A stretch of 57,813 nt of DNA, counting the filler, from an uncultured Acidimicrobiales bacterium (GTDB taxonomy: Bacteria; Actinomycetota; Acidimicrobiia; Acidimicrobiales; UBA10347), in NCBI GenBank assembly GCA_943788915.1. It is 4 parts of 3 records of this genome, joined end to end, with 100 filler letters (N's around TTAATTAATTAA, not from the genome) between each part and the next. Parts side by side here need not be neighbours in the genome. Positions count along the whole stretch, not along the records: positions 12,959 to 40,869 come from CALSSD010000011.1; 3 more parts are not named here. One strand, 5' to 3'. Shown here piece by piece: positions 29,349-39,518 of the stretch. Both the position numbers and the translations under genes were made by a program. Below the pieces are notes generated by a model, which did no database searches, had not been told where the DNA came from, and worked only from the letters and a program-made list of their open reading frames with translations. Positions within the stretch are counted from its first letter, which is position 1; the number at the start of each line of letters is the position of its first letter.

Positions 29349-30197
29349 TCAAGCCGGGACGTCAACCTCAAGGGAATAGATCGCGCCTGCGCCAGAACCG
29401 GCAACCTGGCGGGGATCGGCGCTCGGCGACGTCAGGACGAACAACGTGTGACCAGTTGGTCCGCCAAGTTCACACGCAAAAGTGGGCTGCGGTGTGGCGA
29501 TCCGATGTGTCACCTGGCCACCTTCGAGAACCCGGACAACTTGGGATCCACGGGCATCGCTGAACCAGATGCCACCTTCGCTGTCTTGAGCACACCCATC
29601 AGGAGCAGTCCCCGGGATCACCGCCCACTCTCGGCGGTTCGACAGCGTAGCGTCGGCGGCGATGTCGAACGCCACGTAGGAACCTCCGAACGATTGGCCA
29701 ACAATGAGTGTGGTGTGGTCTGGCGTGATCACACTGCCGTTGGGAAATGCGATGTTGTCGGCAGCGATTTCCGCGCTGCCGTCGGGGCGGACCAGAACCA
29801 GGCTCGCAGCCGCGTAGTCGGCGCCGGCTTCCAGGTCGAAGCCGAAATGACCGACGTAGGCATTGCCGGCGACGTCGACAACCATGTCATTGCACTTATC
29901 AACCGTCAAGTCTGACAGGTCAGCATGTTCGGTGACTGTCTCGCCGTCATAACGGAGCACCCGTCGACTGGTCATGGCCACGATCAGTAGGTCACCCGAT
30001 GGGAGCCACCCAAGCCCTGACGGCCGATCATCTATCTCGACCACCGTGTGTCGTTCACCATCCGGTGTCACCCGATACACCCGCTGCTGATAGAAGTCGC
30101 TGTACCAGAGCGCGCCATCTCGCCACCTCGGGCCTTCGCCGAAGTCAACACCGTCGACCAAAAGTGTGAAGGTTGCGTCTTGCTGTTGTTCTGTCAC
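29349..30197 (-). CDS. SMP-30/gluconolactonase/LRE-family protein
   Basis: FGEGPRW, PSGLGW, CNDMVVD, FPNG and PDGC motifs; likely start GTG 30197. Confidence 0.88.
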   Translation of the reverse strand: MTEQQQDATFTLLVDGVDFGEGPRWRDGALWYSDFYQQRVYRVTPDGERHTVVEIDDRPSGLGWLPSGDLLIVAMTSRRVLRYDGETVTEHADLSDLTVDKCNDMVVDVAGNAYVGHFGFDLEAGADYAAASLVLVRPDGSAEIAADNIAFPNGSVITPDHTTLIVGQSFGGSYVAFDIAADATLSNRREWAVIPGTAPDGCAQDSEGGIWFSDARGSQVVRVLEGGQVTHRIATPQPTFACELGGPTGHTLFVLTSPSADPRQVAGSGAGAIYSLEVDVPA

Positions 30198-30199
30198 AA

Positions 30200-30400
30200 C
30201 CGTCGACGGTACTCCTTGCTCACGAGCGGTCGCTGATCCATCTGTTGCCGTCACGTCATCAACAACCGCCTGGGATCGCGCAGTGTCTCGATCTGCAACA
30301 ACCACTGCTGCACCCTCGAAACTACACCGAAGGCAACACGCCCTGCCAATACCATTTACACCCCCGTGATAACGACAACCTTGTTCTCAAAACGTTTCAT
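30200..30400 (-). pseudogene. 5' fragment of an SDR oxidoreductase running into the SMP-30 gene
   Basis: aggag RBS-like sequence, then MKRFENKVVVITG(G)VNGIGRACC..EGAAVVVADRD with a 1-nt frameshift in ccccc 30361-30365; only about 60 aa. Confidence 0.7.
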
Positions 30401-30584
30401 ATGCGTTCTGTTTATCTCCTACAAACCGAGCCATGACGAATATTACGGCAGTGCAATTTCCAAGTCACGTTCGTTTCTGCTAGCGCGCCTAGCGCCAATT
30501 TGAGCCTGATCGGAGTACAGTCCCTTCGACTACAAATCTGTGACTCTCGACACATGTCGACACACGGAATATCCGGAGGGATAC

Positions 30585-31739
30585 ATGGACAACAAGAACA
30601 AGCTTGCGAAGCTTCTTGCACTCGTGTTCGCTTTTGCGCTCCTTGCCACCGCTTGCGGTAGCAGCAGCGACGGCGACACCGCAACCACAGGAGACGATGC
30701 AGCTCAAGCTGACGACAGCAGCGATGCTGCCGACGACGCAACAGACGATGCAGAAGACGACGTTGAACTTACCCAAGGTGATGATCTGCTCGAACAGATT
30801 CAGTCCCGAGGCGAACTCAACTGCGGTGTTTCGACCGTATCAATCGGTTTTGCTGTTGCTGACTCAAACGGTATTTACCAGGGCTTCGACTCTGACTTCT
30901 GCCGTGCTACTGCCGCCGCCATCCTCGGCGACCAGGACGCATTGAACATCGTTCCTCTTACCGCTGCTGAGCGCTTTACCGCTGTTCAGACTGGCGAGGT
31001 TGACGTACTTCACCGCAACACCACCTGGACTCAGAGCCGCGACAGCGACGTCGGTATGGACTTCGGTCCAACGACCTACTTCGACGGCCAGCAGCTCATG
31101 GCTCGCGTGGGCGACGGCTTCTCGTCCGATAGCACCGTGGCCGATATTGATGGTGCGGTTGTCTGCACCAACGCAGGTACCACCACTGAGAAGAACATCG
31201 CAGAAGCGGCTGACCTACTTGGTATCGAAATCACGCTGAACACCTTCGAAGACTTCGACATCGTTACCCAGAACTTCATCGACGGTGGCTGTGACATCAT
31301 CACTACTGATGGTTCAGGTCTCGTTGGTCGTAAGGCTGAGCAACAGCCAGCTGACCAAGAGTGGGCCATCTTCCCCGGTGCTCCAATTTCGAAGGAGCCC
31401 CTCGGCCCAACATATGGTCAAAACCAGTCACGCTTTGCTGACGCAGTCAACTGGACGGTCTTTGCCATGCTGATCGCCGACGAGTACGGCGTAAACCAGA
31501 GCAATGTTGACGACTTCGTGGGCGCCGACGGCGAACTCGGTCGACTCCTTGGTGGCGACGGTGAAGTCCAGTCGGCAATGGGTCTAGCACCAGACGCCTT
31601 CTACCAGGTCATCAAGCAGGTCGGCAACTACAGCGACTTGTGGGCACGTCACCTGGCTCCACTCGGTCTGAAGCTCGAAGGCTCGGTCAATGACCTGTGG
31701 ACCAATGGTGGTCTCATGTACCCACCGCCAGCCCGCTAA
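30585..31739 (+). CDS. aapJ: General L-amino acid ABC transporter substrate-binding lipoprotein (AapJ/BztA type)
   Basis: Lipobox LATAC; RGELNCGV, RNTTWT, GTTTE, ISKEPLGP, VGNY and LWTNGGLMYPPP. Confidence 0.9.
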   Translation: MDNKNKLAKLLALVFAFALLATACGSSSDGDTATTGDDAAQADDSSDAADDATDDAEDDVELTQGDDLLEQIQSRGELNCGVSTVSIGFAVADSNGIYQGFDSDFCRATAAAILGDQDALNIVPLTAAERFTAVQTGEVDVLHRNTTWTQSRDSDVGMDFGPTTYFDGQQLMARVGDGFSSDSTVADIDGAVVCTNAGTTTEKNIAEAADLLGIEITLNTFEDFDIVTQNFIDGGCDIITTDGSGLVGRKAEQQPADQEWAIFPGAPISKEPLGPTYGQNQSRFADAVNWTVFAMLIADEYGVNQSNVDDFVGADGELGRLLGGDGEVQSAMGLAPDAFYQVIKQVGNYSDLWARHLAPLGLKLEGSVNDLWTNGGLMYPPPAR

Positions 31740-31754
31740 CTAACTGTTTACCAG

Positions 31755-31784
31755 CGTCTCGGATCGGGTAACCGGTTCGGGGCG
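31755..31784 (+). terminator. Intercistronic hairpin after the substrate-binding gene
   Basis: cgtctcggatcgg-gtaa-ccggttcggggcg, 13-bp stem with G-U pairs and a GNRA loop. Confidence 0.6.
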
Positions 31785-31865
31785 GTGACTCGAGGGCTGA
31801 AGCCTGCTTGGCAAGTTTCAGCCCTCCTGCCACCGTCTGTAAGTAATTCCTTGGGGGAAGCACGG

Positions 31866-33443
31866 GTGACAGACAGCACAGAATCATCCTTGGCCGCCAC
31901 AGCGGCTGCCAAACCACCGTTCTATCGAGACGCAACCGTCGTCAAATGGATCGTGCAGGTGGTGACACTCATCGCCGTCATCCTTGCCATGATCTTCCTG
32001 GTTGGCGAAGCTGGTGACAACCTCAAAGCCAAGGGTATTAACACCGGTTTTGACTTCCTGAATGTCAACCCTGACTTCAGCATCGGCGACGGCATCGACA
32101 ATGCTCCTGACACCGGTGGCCGAGCTCTCTGGGTTGGCATGGTCAATACGATCCGGCTCTCGGTTACCGGGATCGCGCTGGCGACAATTTTGGGTGTGCT
32201 GATTGGTATCTCACGACTATCCAGTAACTGGATCGTTGCCAAGGTGGCCAGCGCCTTCATCGAATACATGCGCAATATTCCGCTACTGGTCCATATCTTC
32301 TTGCTGTTCTTCACCCTGGGCCAACTCGGCGACTTCGGGCGCAACGTTGACCCCGTTACCGGGGAGCTTAGCCAAGGCCCCATTAACGGCTGGGTACATA
32401 TCTCCAACAAGGGCCTATCGATTCCGCGCGTACATATCGCCGACGGGTTCTATCAATGGATGATCTTCATCCTTGCCGGTGCAATCGCCGGTCGATGGTT
32501 GATGAAGAAGCGTAATGCGGTGCGCAACGCCACTGGCCACGAGACCTACCCGGTTCTTAGCTTTGTCGGAGTTATCGCCCTCTTCGGGTTCATCGGCTGG
32601 TTCCTGCACCCCATCTTCGGCTGGGTTGGCGACGCTATCTTCGGCCCTCTTTCCCGAGCTATCCCCAACGTTCCCGAGGTCGCGCTGCAACTGATTCTGT
32701 CTGGTCTGGCCCTCATGGTCGCTGCCCTTTGGATCAAACGGTTCCTCGACAATCGTCGCACCCCGGCTGGCCTTGCCCAGCTGACCGACGATGACTGGTT
32801 CCGGATGATCTTTGCCGGGGTTAGCGCTGTGCTCGCATCACTCGTCTTCCTGGTGATCTGGCCGGGTCTCGCCAGTTGGATAATTAACTCCTCCCGCGAC
32901 TTCTTTGAAGTCGCCGCCGACAAGTTCGGTGATGGCCGAGGTAACTGGCGTGAGGACTGGCCGATCGATGCTGCCCGCCCCGACATCGAGAAACGCGGCA
33001 ACTTCGCCAACGTAGGTCCCGGCGGCCTTAACTTCAGCCAGGGATTTGCGGCGCTGTTCTTCGGTGTCGTGCTCTACACGTCGGCATTCATCGCCGAGAT
33101 CGTCCGCGGCGGCATTCTCGCGGTTCCAAAGGGCCAAACCGAAGCAGCGCAAGCGATTGGCTTACGACGCTCAACCATGTTGCGCCGCATCATCTTGCCC
33201 CAGGCGTTCCGGGTGAGTTTGCCACCACTAGGAAATCAATACCTGAACCTGACAAAGAACACCTCACTTGCGATTGCCGTCGGATACAGCGATGTGGTTC
33301 AGGTAGGTCAAACGATCTTCAACCAGACGGGCAGATCGCTCGAGGTATTCATGATCTGGATGCTGTTCTATCTGGCCTGCTCACTGACGATCAGTGTGGT
33401 CGTCAACTTCTTCAATGTTCGTCTCAAGATCGTAGAGCGCTGA
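31866..33443 (+). CDS. aapQ: Amino acid ABC transporter permease (AapQ/BztB type), extended
   Basis: GFDFL, RLSSNW, RNIPLL, AEIVRGGILAVPKGQTEAA and YLNLTKNTSLA. Confidence 0.88.
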   Translation: MTDSTESSLAATAAAKPPFYRDATVVKWIVQVVTLIAVILAMIFLVGEAGDNLKAKGINTGFDFLNVNPDFSIGDGIDNAPDTGGRALWVGMVNTIRLSVTGIALATILGVLIGISRLSSNWIVAKVASAFIEYMRNIPLLVHIFLLFFTLGQLGDFGRNVDPVTGELSQGPINGWVHISNKGLSIPRVHIADGFYQWMIFILAGAIAGRWLMKKRNAVRNATGHETYPVLSFVGVIALFGFIGWFLHPIFGWVGDAIFGPLSRAIPNVPEVALQLILSGLALMVAALWIKRFLDNRRTPAGLAQLTDDDWFRMIFAGVSAVLASLVFLVIWPGLASWIINSSRDFFEVAADKFGDGRGNWREDWPIDAARPDIEKRGNFANVGPGGLNFSQGFAALFFGVVLYTSAFIAEIVRGGILAVPKGQTEAAQAIGLRRSTMLRRIILPQAFRVSLPPLGNQYLNLTKNTSLAIAVGYSDVVQVGQTIFNQTGRSLEVFMIWMLFYLACSLTISVVVNFFNVRLKIVER

Positions 33444-33444
33444 C

Positions 33445-35466
33445 ATGGTGATGGGAACAGAACGCCTCGACGAGGCGACAGCTGAGCTGCTAGCAAACGT
33501 CGCCGCCGAAGACGCGAAACGACCAGATGAACCGAGCCTGCCGTTCGGAGAATGGGTCAAGAAGAACCTCTTCTCATCGATTCCGAATGCGTTCTTGACG
33601 ATCTTCTTCTCGCTGCTCACGCTTTTCGCGTATCGCCAGATCTTGAACTTCGTCTTCAGCGAAGAACGCAGATGGGAGGGCGTCCGGGTCAACCTGCGAG
33701 GTCTGTTTACCTTCTCGTATCCGGCTAGCCAATATCACCGTATATGGATCACCCTCGGCATCGTGCTGGTGCTCTCTGGTATGTCGATGGGGCTGATGAA
33801 GTCGATCGGACGAGGCTTCTCGATCAAGCGCATCAGCATGTGGTTCTTTAGTGTCGGCCTGTCACTTGTGGTTGGCATCTTGCTTCGCGAACCCTCGGTA
33901 CTTAAGGATGCCGATGGTCTGGCTCGTTGGTCCTTCCCCGACGGCAGCCCAATCACTCGGTCTGAAACCGGGCTGCTTCTGATTAGAGACGACGAGGGTG
34001 TCTCACTCCTCGCTGAAGGCGAAAGCCCTCTGCTGCTGCGCGAATCGTTTGGTAGCGCCATGTCCGACCGTGGCTGGTGGTGGATCATCGCCGTGCTCGC
34101 ACTCGGAATCGGGTCGGCGTTGTGGTTTGCCTTCGGCGACATAAAGCGACGAACAACCTTCATTCCGGCAATTCCGCTGACGTTTGGTTTCCTCGGGCTC
34201 TTCATCTCATCGGTGTGGTGGTACCAATGGGGCCACTATGGGCGAGACGACGCTGGCATTCTCATTTCTGAACCCGATCGGCTGGTCGCATCGACCACTC
34301 GCATCCCGTGGACCATTCTGTGGTTCGTGCTGGTGCTCGCCTATGTTGCCGGCCGAGCGCTTGTCAAGACAGAACGGGCAGGTCTGGCTCGGGTTCTGAT
34401 TGGCTTCTCTGCGCTGTTGGCACCCTTTGTCACCTACTTCGTCATCCTACGAGACCCTGACCTTGACTGGGCCCACGTCTGGTCGACCGACATCCCCATG
34501 GCCCTGGCCTTCATGGTCGGCGGTGGACTCATCATGTGGATACTCACCAACCCCGCAATTGGCGAACGAGGTCGACTGATCGCAACTGCGTTGATGGGTA
34601 TTGCGGTCTTCAACTGGGTCGCGGCGTTCTTCGGTTGGTACGCCATGCTCCAGAAGGCTCGTATTAGCTTCCTGCTGCTCGCCTTGGCCGCCTTGGCTGC
34701 CCACAACTTCGCAGGCGACGCTCGTCAACGGCTGCGGTCCGTCTGGGGCTGGATGGGCGCAATGGTCATCGTCCACTATCTGGCAACCATGATCAACACG
34801 GCCGAGACCGTTGCGGCTCCCGACCAGTTCGCTGGCGGCTTTGTCGTCACGATCTACATTGCGGTCTTCACGATGATCTTCTCGTTCCCGCTCGGTGTGA
34901 TCCTGGCACTCGGACGCACCTCGCGTATGCCGCTCTTTCGGGTGATGTCCACCATCTACATCGAAGTCGTACGCGGTATCCCGTTCATCACCATCCTGTT
35001 CTTCTTTGCCGTGTTCGTCGAGTTCTTCCTGCCCGAGGGTATGGATCTCGCAGCCCTGGCATCGGCGGGTATTGCGTTCACACTCTTCTCGGCCGCATAT
35101 CTGGCAGAGAACATTCGTGGTGGTTTGCAGGCCGTGCGCCAAGGTCAATACGAGGCGAGTGATGCACTTGGTCTTACGACAGTCCAACGAACCGGGTTTA
35201 TCATCTTGCCCCAGGCACTTCGGGTCTCGATTCCACCCCTAGTCGGCGCAGTTATTGCCACCTTCAAGGAAACATCGCTGCTTTCCATTGTGGGTCTTAC
35301 CGACTTCCTCCGTGTTGCTAACAGCAACATTCCCGGCCAAACCGAGTTCCTTGGCGTCAAGCGCGAGGGTCTACTTTTCATTTGCCTGATCTATTGGATC
35401 GGCTCTTACTCCATGTCCAAGTACAGCCAGCGCCTCGAGAAGCAACTCGGCGTCGGCGAACGATGA
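33445..35466 (+). CDS. aapM: Amino acid ABC transporter permease (AapM/BztC type), extended
   Basis: [40 protein letters not shown] and FKETSL. Confidence 0.88.
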   Translation: MVMGTERLDEATAELLANVAAEDAKRPDEPSLPFGEWVKKNLFSSIPNAFLTIFFSLLTLFAYRQILNFVFSEERRWEGVRVNLRGLFTFSYPASQYHRIWITLGIVLVLSGMSMGLMKSIGRGFSIKRISMWFFSVGLSLVVGILLREPSVLKDADGLARWSFPDGSPITRSETGLLLIRDDEGVSLLAEGESPLLLRESFGSAMSDRGWWWIIAVLALGIGSALWFAFGDIKRRTTFIPAIPLTFGFLGLFISSVWWYQWGHYGRDDAGILISEPDRLVASTTRIPWTILWFVLVLAYVAGRALVKTERAGLARVLIGFSALLAPFVTYFVILRDPDLDWAHVWSTDIPMALAFMVGGGLIMWILTNPAIGERGRLIATALMGIAVFNWVAAFFGWYAMLQKARISFLLLALAALAAHNFAGDARQRLRSVWGWMGAMVIVHYLATMINTAETVAAPDQFAGGFVVTIYIAVFTMIFSFPLGVILALGRTSRMPLFRVMSTIYIEVVRGIPFITILFFFAVFVEFFLPEGMDLAALASAGIAFTLFSAAYLAENIRGGLQAVRQGQYEASDALGLTTVQRTGFIILPQALRVSIPPLVGAVIATFKETSLLSIVGLTDFLRVANSNIPGQTEFLGVKREGLLFICLIYWIGSYSMSKYSQRLEKQLGVGER

Positions 35467-35473
35467 GGAAACC

Positions 35474-36253
35474 ATGACAAACGCAGATGCAACCATCGCC
35501 GTCAATTCAGAACTAGCTGCTCGCGATGACATGATCATCAGCGACGGTGTCGACAAATGGTACGGCGACTTTCAAGCACTCAAGGGTGTCACCGCGACCA
35601 TCAAGGAAAAAGAAGTAGTTGTTGTTCTGGGCCCGTCAGGCTCGGGAAAGTCGACCTGGATCCGCTGTATCAACCGTCTCGAACAGCACCAGAACGGACG
35701 AATCATCGTCGACGGCGTAGAACTAACAAACGACACGCGCAATATTGAAAAGATCCGCAGCGAAGTCGGCATGGTGTTCCAGAGCTTCAACCTGTTTCCT
35801 CACCTGACCGTACGCGACAACATCACGCTGGCACCTCTGTGGGTACGCAAAAAGCCTCGAGGCGAAGCCGAACAACTTGCGGCCGATCTCCTCGAACGAG
35901 TTGGTATCCCCGAGCAGGCCGACAAGTTCCCCGGTCAACTCTCAGGTGGCCAGCAACAGCGAGTTGCCATCGCCCGTGCGCTGGCCATGGAACCTCGCAT
36001 CATGTTGTTCGACGAGCCGACCTCTGCTCTTGACCCGGAAATGATCAAGGAAGTACTCGACGTCATGAAGGAACTCGCTCGTTCGGGTATGACCATGATG
36101 GTCGTCACCCACGAGATGGGTTTCGCTCGCGAGGTCGCCGACCGCATCATCTTCATGGAGAGCGGTGAAATCGTCGAGGTGGGCACACCCGAACACTTCT
36201 TCACCAACCCAACCGAAGATCGCACCAAGCTGTTTCTCTCACAGATCCTGTGA
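35474..36253 (+). CDS. aapP: Amino acid ABC transporter ATP-binding protein (AapP/BztD type)
   Basis: [30 protein letters not shown] and VTHEMGF. Confidence 0.94.
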   Translation: MTNADATIAVNSELAARDDMIISDGVDKWYGDFQALKGVTATIKEKEVVVVLGPSGSGKSTWIRCINRLEQHQNGRIIVDGVELTNDTRNIEKIRSEVGMVFQSFNLFPHLTVRDNITLAPLWVRKKPRGEAEQLAADLLERVGIPEQADKFPGQLSGGQQQRVAIARALAMEPRIMLFDEPTSALDPEMIKEVLDVMKELARSGMTMMVVTHEMGFAREVADRIIFMESGEIVEVGTPEHFFTNPTEDRTKLFLSQIL

Positions 36254-36272
36254 TGCTTTTGTTTGCTTGCTC

Positions 36273-36371
36273 CGCTACGCAAACTGCGTTAGCACGCAGC
36301 ACTCACTAGCTCGGTCGGGGCGCACCGCGTCCCAAACCCAGCGCTGCGCACACTGCGTTGGCACGCAGCAC
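36273..36371. repeat. Two 30-bp palindromic direct repeats with a 39-bp spacer (REP-like)
   Basis: cgctacgcaaactgcgttagcacgcagcac (36273-36302) and cgctgcgcacactgcgttggcacgcagcac (36342-36371); 3 mismatches; internal stem ctgcgt-N4-acgcag. Confidence 0.7.
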
Positions 36372-36460
36372 CGCTACACGTTTCACGGTGAATCCCAGTT
36401 CTTACTGGTTTCTTATCTTGCTGGGGGTTGGCGCTTACTTTGCTGCAGCAGTATGGGTAC

Positions 36461-37099
36461 ATGGACACTATGCGCACCATGTTTACTGCCGTCGCGTTGG
36501 CCACCTCGGTGGCCCTGGGTGCTGGCATGACCCTCACCACTGCTGTTAACGCGCAAACCGACACGGTCGAGACCCAAGACTCCTCCCCGACACCAACCGA
36601 CCGCATGCAGCGTTTTGAGGAACGGCTGCAGTCCAGGGTCGACGACGGTGTCATCACCCAAGAACGAGCCGACGAAATCCGAGCTCGAATCGTCGACCGC
36701 TCCGCTAGGCGCGAAGTCCGACAAGCCGAACGGGCCGAACGGACCCAAGAACTCGCGGCACTTCTTGGCACAACCGTGGAAGAACTAACCACTGATCTGC
36801 GTAGTGGCGTTTCACTCGCCGACATTGCCGAGGCAGCCGGCACCGATATCGACCTCGTGATCGACCACCTCGAAGCCCAGATAACCAACCGCATCAATCA
36901 GGCCGTAGCCGACGGTCATATCGACCAGACTCGCGCCGACGAGAAACTTGCAACGTTACGCGACGACATTCTTTCCCGGGTCAACGGCGAACGACCTGAA
37001 GATCATCGTGGGTCTCATCGCGGTGGCTTTGGCCGAGGTGGGATCCATGGACAGGGTTTCGGCCGCCACAACCACTCGCAGGGACACGGCGGCAACTAA
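36461..37099 (+). CDS. Secreted helical hypothetical protein
   Basis: Signal peptide; repeated VDDGVITQERADE / VADGHIDQTRADE; His/Gly-rich tail. Confidence 0.7.
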   Translation: MDTMRTMFTAVALATSVALGAGMTLTTAVNAQTDTVETQDSSPTPTDRMQRFEERLQSRVDDGVITQERADEIRARIVDRSARREVRQAERAERTQELAALLGTTVEELTTDLRSGVSLADIAEAAGTDIDLVIDHLEAQITNRINQAVADGHIDQTRADEKLATLRDDILSRVNGERPEDHRGSHRGGFGRGGIHGQGFGRHNHSQGHGGN

Positions 37100-37109
37100 C
37101 ACCGATCAG

Positions 37110-37952
37110 TTAGTCGTCGACAACGTCGGATTCGACTGGGCGAGTTTCGTCGGCACCCCACTCGCTCCACGACCCGACGTACAGATCTGCTTCGACGCCG
37201 ATCATGGTCAACGCCAGCAAATCGTGACAGGCGGTAACCCCTGACCCACAATACGCCGCAGGCCGTTGACCAGTTTCGGAACCCTCGAGCACTTCGACAT
37301 AACGGTGCCGCAAGTCATCAACCGACAACATCAGCCCGGTGAAATCATCAATGTTGTCTTCCCATGCCAGGTTGATTGCGCCCGGTACATGGCCGAACCG
37401 TGGATCGATCCGATTGGGTTTACCCACATATCGCGACGAGTTCCGAGCATCGATGACCACACCGTCTGCCTTGATCCGAGCCGCGATCTGGTCGGCACTG
37501 ATCAGCCGATCAGTTGGCCAGGGATCCTCGTCGAAGACCGCTGGTGTTGGAGTGACCGCTCCAGATTCAAGTTCGCCACGCCACGCATGCATACCGCCAT
37601 CAAGGATCGCTGCTGGGATGTCGAGAAGCGTCAGCATGAACCACAACCGGGCGGCCATTCCACCGCCAACATCGTCATAGATCACCGCCGGCTTCGCTCC
37701 CGCATAACCAAGCCGTCCCATGGCTGAGGCGAACGCCGCGGGTGTTGGGAAGGGATGCCGACCGCCGGGCTGCGAAGGCGGTGCCGACAGATCATCATCA
37801 AGACTGACAAACACCGCACCCGGCAAGTGTCCCTCAACAAAGGCATCTGGGGCTGATCGCCCATCGAGATAGGAACGCGAGTCAAACAGCTTCACTGCGT
37901 CGAGATTGTCTGCCAACCACTCGGCAGAGACAAGTGGGCCAAAATCTTCCAT
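37110..37952 (-). CDS. Tandem-rhodanese sulfurtransferase (SseA-like)
   Basis: GHLPGA, GRHPFP, AARLWF, GHVPGA, CGSGVTAC and YVGSWSEW. Confidence 0.92.
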   Translation of the reverse strand: MEDFGPLVSAEWLADNLDAVKLFDSRSYLDGRSAPDAFVEGHLPGAVFVSLDDDLSAPPSQPGGRHPFPTPAAFASAMGRLGYAGAKPAVIYDDVGGGMAARLWFMLTLLDIPAAILDGGMHAWRGELESGAVTPTPAVFDEDPWPTDRLISADQIAARIKADGVVIDARNSSRYVGKPNRIDPRFGHVPGAINLAWEDNIDDFTGLMLSVDDLRHRYVEVLEGSETGQRPAAYCGSGVTACHDLLALTMIGVEADLYVGSWSEWGADETRPVESDVVDD

Positions 37953-37999
37953 GCGACACACCGTAGTCGGGGACCCCATCCTTGGTCAGGTGCCAAACT

Positions 38000-38743
38000 A
38001 TGCACATGATTACACACCACGCCTACGGTGAACTACCCGACCAGTTTGGCGAACTTCGCACTCCTGCAAATTCGCACGCTCGCCCGTTGGTGGTCCTGAT
38101 TCATGGTGGCTTCTGGCGTGACCAGTACCACTGTGACCTCATGCACCCACTCGCCGAATCGCTCTACGACGCCGGTTATGCCAGCTGGAACATTGAATAC
38201 CGACGGGTCGGGCCAACCGGCGGCGGTTACCCCACCACCCTGACAGATGTCCGGGCCGGGATTGACCATGTCACAGGTCCTGATTGGAGTGATCCGGGTT
38301 GGCCGGCGCTCGTGGTCATCGGCCATTCCGCAGGTGGTCATCTGGCATTGTGGAACGCAAGCCGCCCCGATGCCGGAACCAGACCAGCACTCACGGTTGG
38401 GCTTGCGGCAGTCACCGACGTTATTGCAGCCAATCGCAATCGCGTCGGTGTTGATGCCACTACCAACTTCTTTGGCGGCGACATCGACGACGTGCCCGAG
38501 AACTATGCGGCAGGACAACCGAACCCTGCATCGTTTCATGGACGAGTCGTACTCATTCATGGCGACACCGACGACTCGGTCCCACTCGCACAAAGTTATG
38601 CCATTGCTGATCACGTCGACCGCCTCGAAGTACTGGAGGGAGTCGACCATTTCGACGTGATCAATCCTGATCATGCCAGCTGGCAGATCGTCGTCGACGA
38701 ACTCACGTCACTCGATAGCTCTGTTGGTGAGACGGACCGTTAG
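38000..38743 (+). CDS. Alpha/beta hydrolase
   Basis: IHGGFW, EYRR, GHSAGG, HGDTDDSVP and DHF. Confidence 0.88.
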   Translation: MHMITHHAYGELPDQFGELRTPANSHARPLVVLIHGGFWRDQYHCDLMHPLAESLYDAGYASWNIEYRRVGPTGGGYPTTLTDVRAGIDHVTGPDWSDPGWPALVVIGHSAGGHLALWNASRPDAGTRPALTVGLAAVTDVIAANRNRVGVDATTNFFGGDIDDVPENYAAGQPNPASFHGRVVLIHGDTDDSVPLAQSYAIADHVDRLEVLEGVDHFDVINPDHASWQIVVDELTSLDSSVGETDR

Positions 38744-39384
38744 AGAGCCGGTATCCGAGCCGCAAGAGCTTCTGGGTTCACAACCTCGATGCGGGCTCGT
38801 CGCAGTCGTACCGTTTCGTCTCGAACCAAATCCTGAAGCACCCGGTTCACCGTGGGCCGGGTAGTTCCGGCAAGCGAGGCAAGCGTGGCCTGGCTCAACC
38901 GGATAGTTCCATCAAACGCAGAACCAAACGCCAAAACCCGTCGACAGACCCGCTCCTCGGCACTGGAATGAACTGCTTCGGCCAACCGCCTCGACATCTC
39001 CCGCAATCGTGCGTCGAGCACCTGGACCAGAAACTGGTCAATCTCGGGTCGCTCGGCACGGAGTTCACGGAATTGTGTTGGTCGCAATAACCGGACGATC
39101 GTTGGACGAACCGCAGTAACGGTTGCGCTACGCGCCGTCTGGGCGAGCAACGCCTGCTCACCTACGACATCACCCTCGTCAACCACACTCAAGCCAACAG
39201 CAGCACCGTCGACGGTCAGTGACTGAACCAGCACCCGTCCTTGCTCCAATAAATACATGCCGTCGGGCGCATCGCCCTCACGGCATAGAACCATGTCGGC
39301 GCTGTAACTGCGCTCAACAGTTCGTGCCAAGACCGCCTCTACCAGACGAGGATGCACATCCTCGAGTCGCTGGCGCCAATGCAT
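38740..39384 (-). CDS. Crp/Fnr-family transcriptional regulator
   Basis: cNMP domain (GEQALL..RSATV) and HTH SQATLASLAGTTRPTVNR. Confidence 0.88.
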   Translation of the reverse strand: MHWRQRLEDVHPRLVEAVLARTVERSYSADMVLCREGDAPDGMYLLEQGRVLVQSLTVDGAAVGLSVVDEGDVVGEQALLAQTARSATVTAVRPTIVRLLRPTQFRELRAERPEIDQFLVQVLDARLREMSRRLAEAVHSSAEERVCRRVLAFGSAFDGTIRLSQATLASLAGTTRPTVNRVLQDLVRDETVRLRRARIEVVNPEALAARIPAL

Positions 39385-39518
39385 ATAGATCCCGTCTCTA
39401 CTACTTCCAGGCGCACTTGCATGCGGCCTAAGTCCCACCTGCAGCCCGTAAAGATCTTAGCCGGATGTTCTCAATTGATACCTAGGTCGTTTAGCCACGA
39501 GGTCTACGTTGGTGAGCT

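Noticed and set aside
36273..36371. CRISPR array call
   Set aside because: Only two imperfect repeats, no leader and no cas genes; kept as a REP-like repeat.
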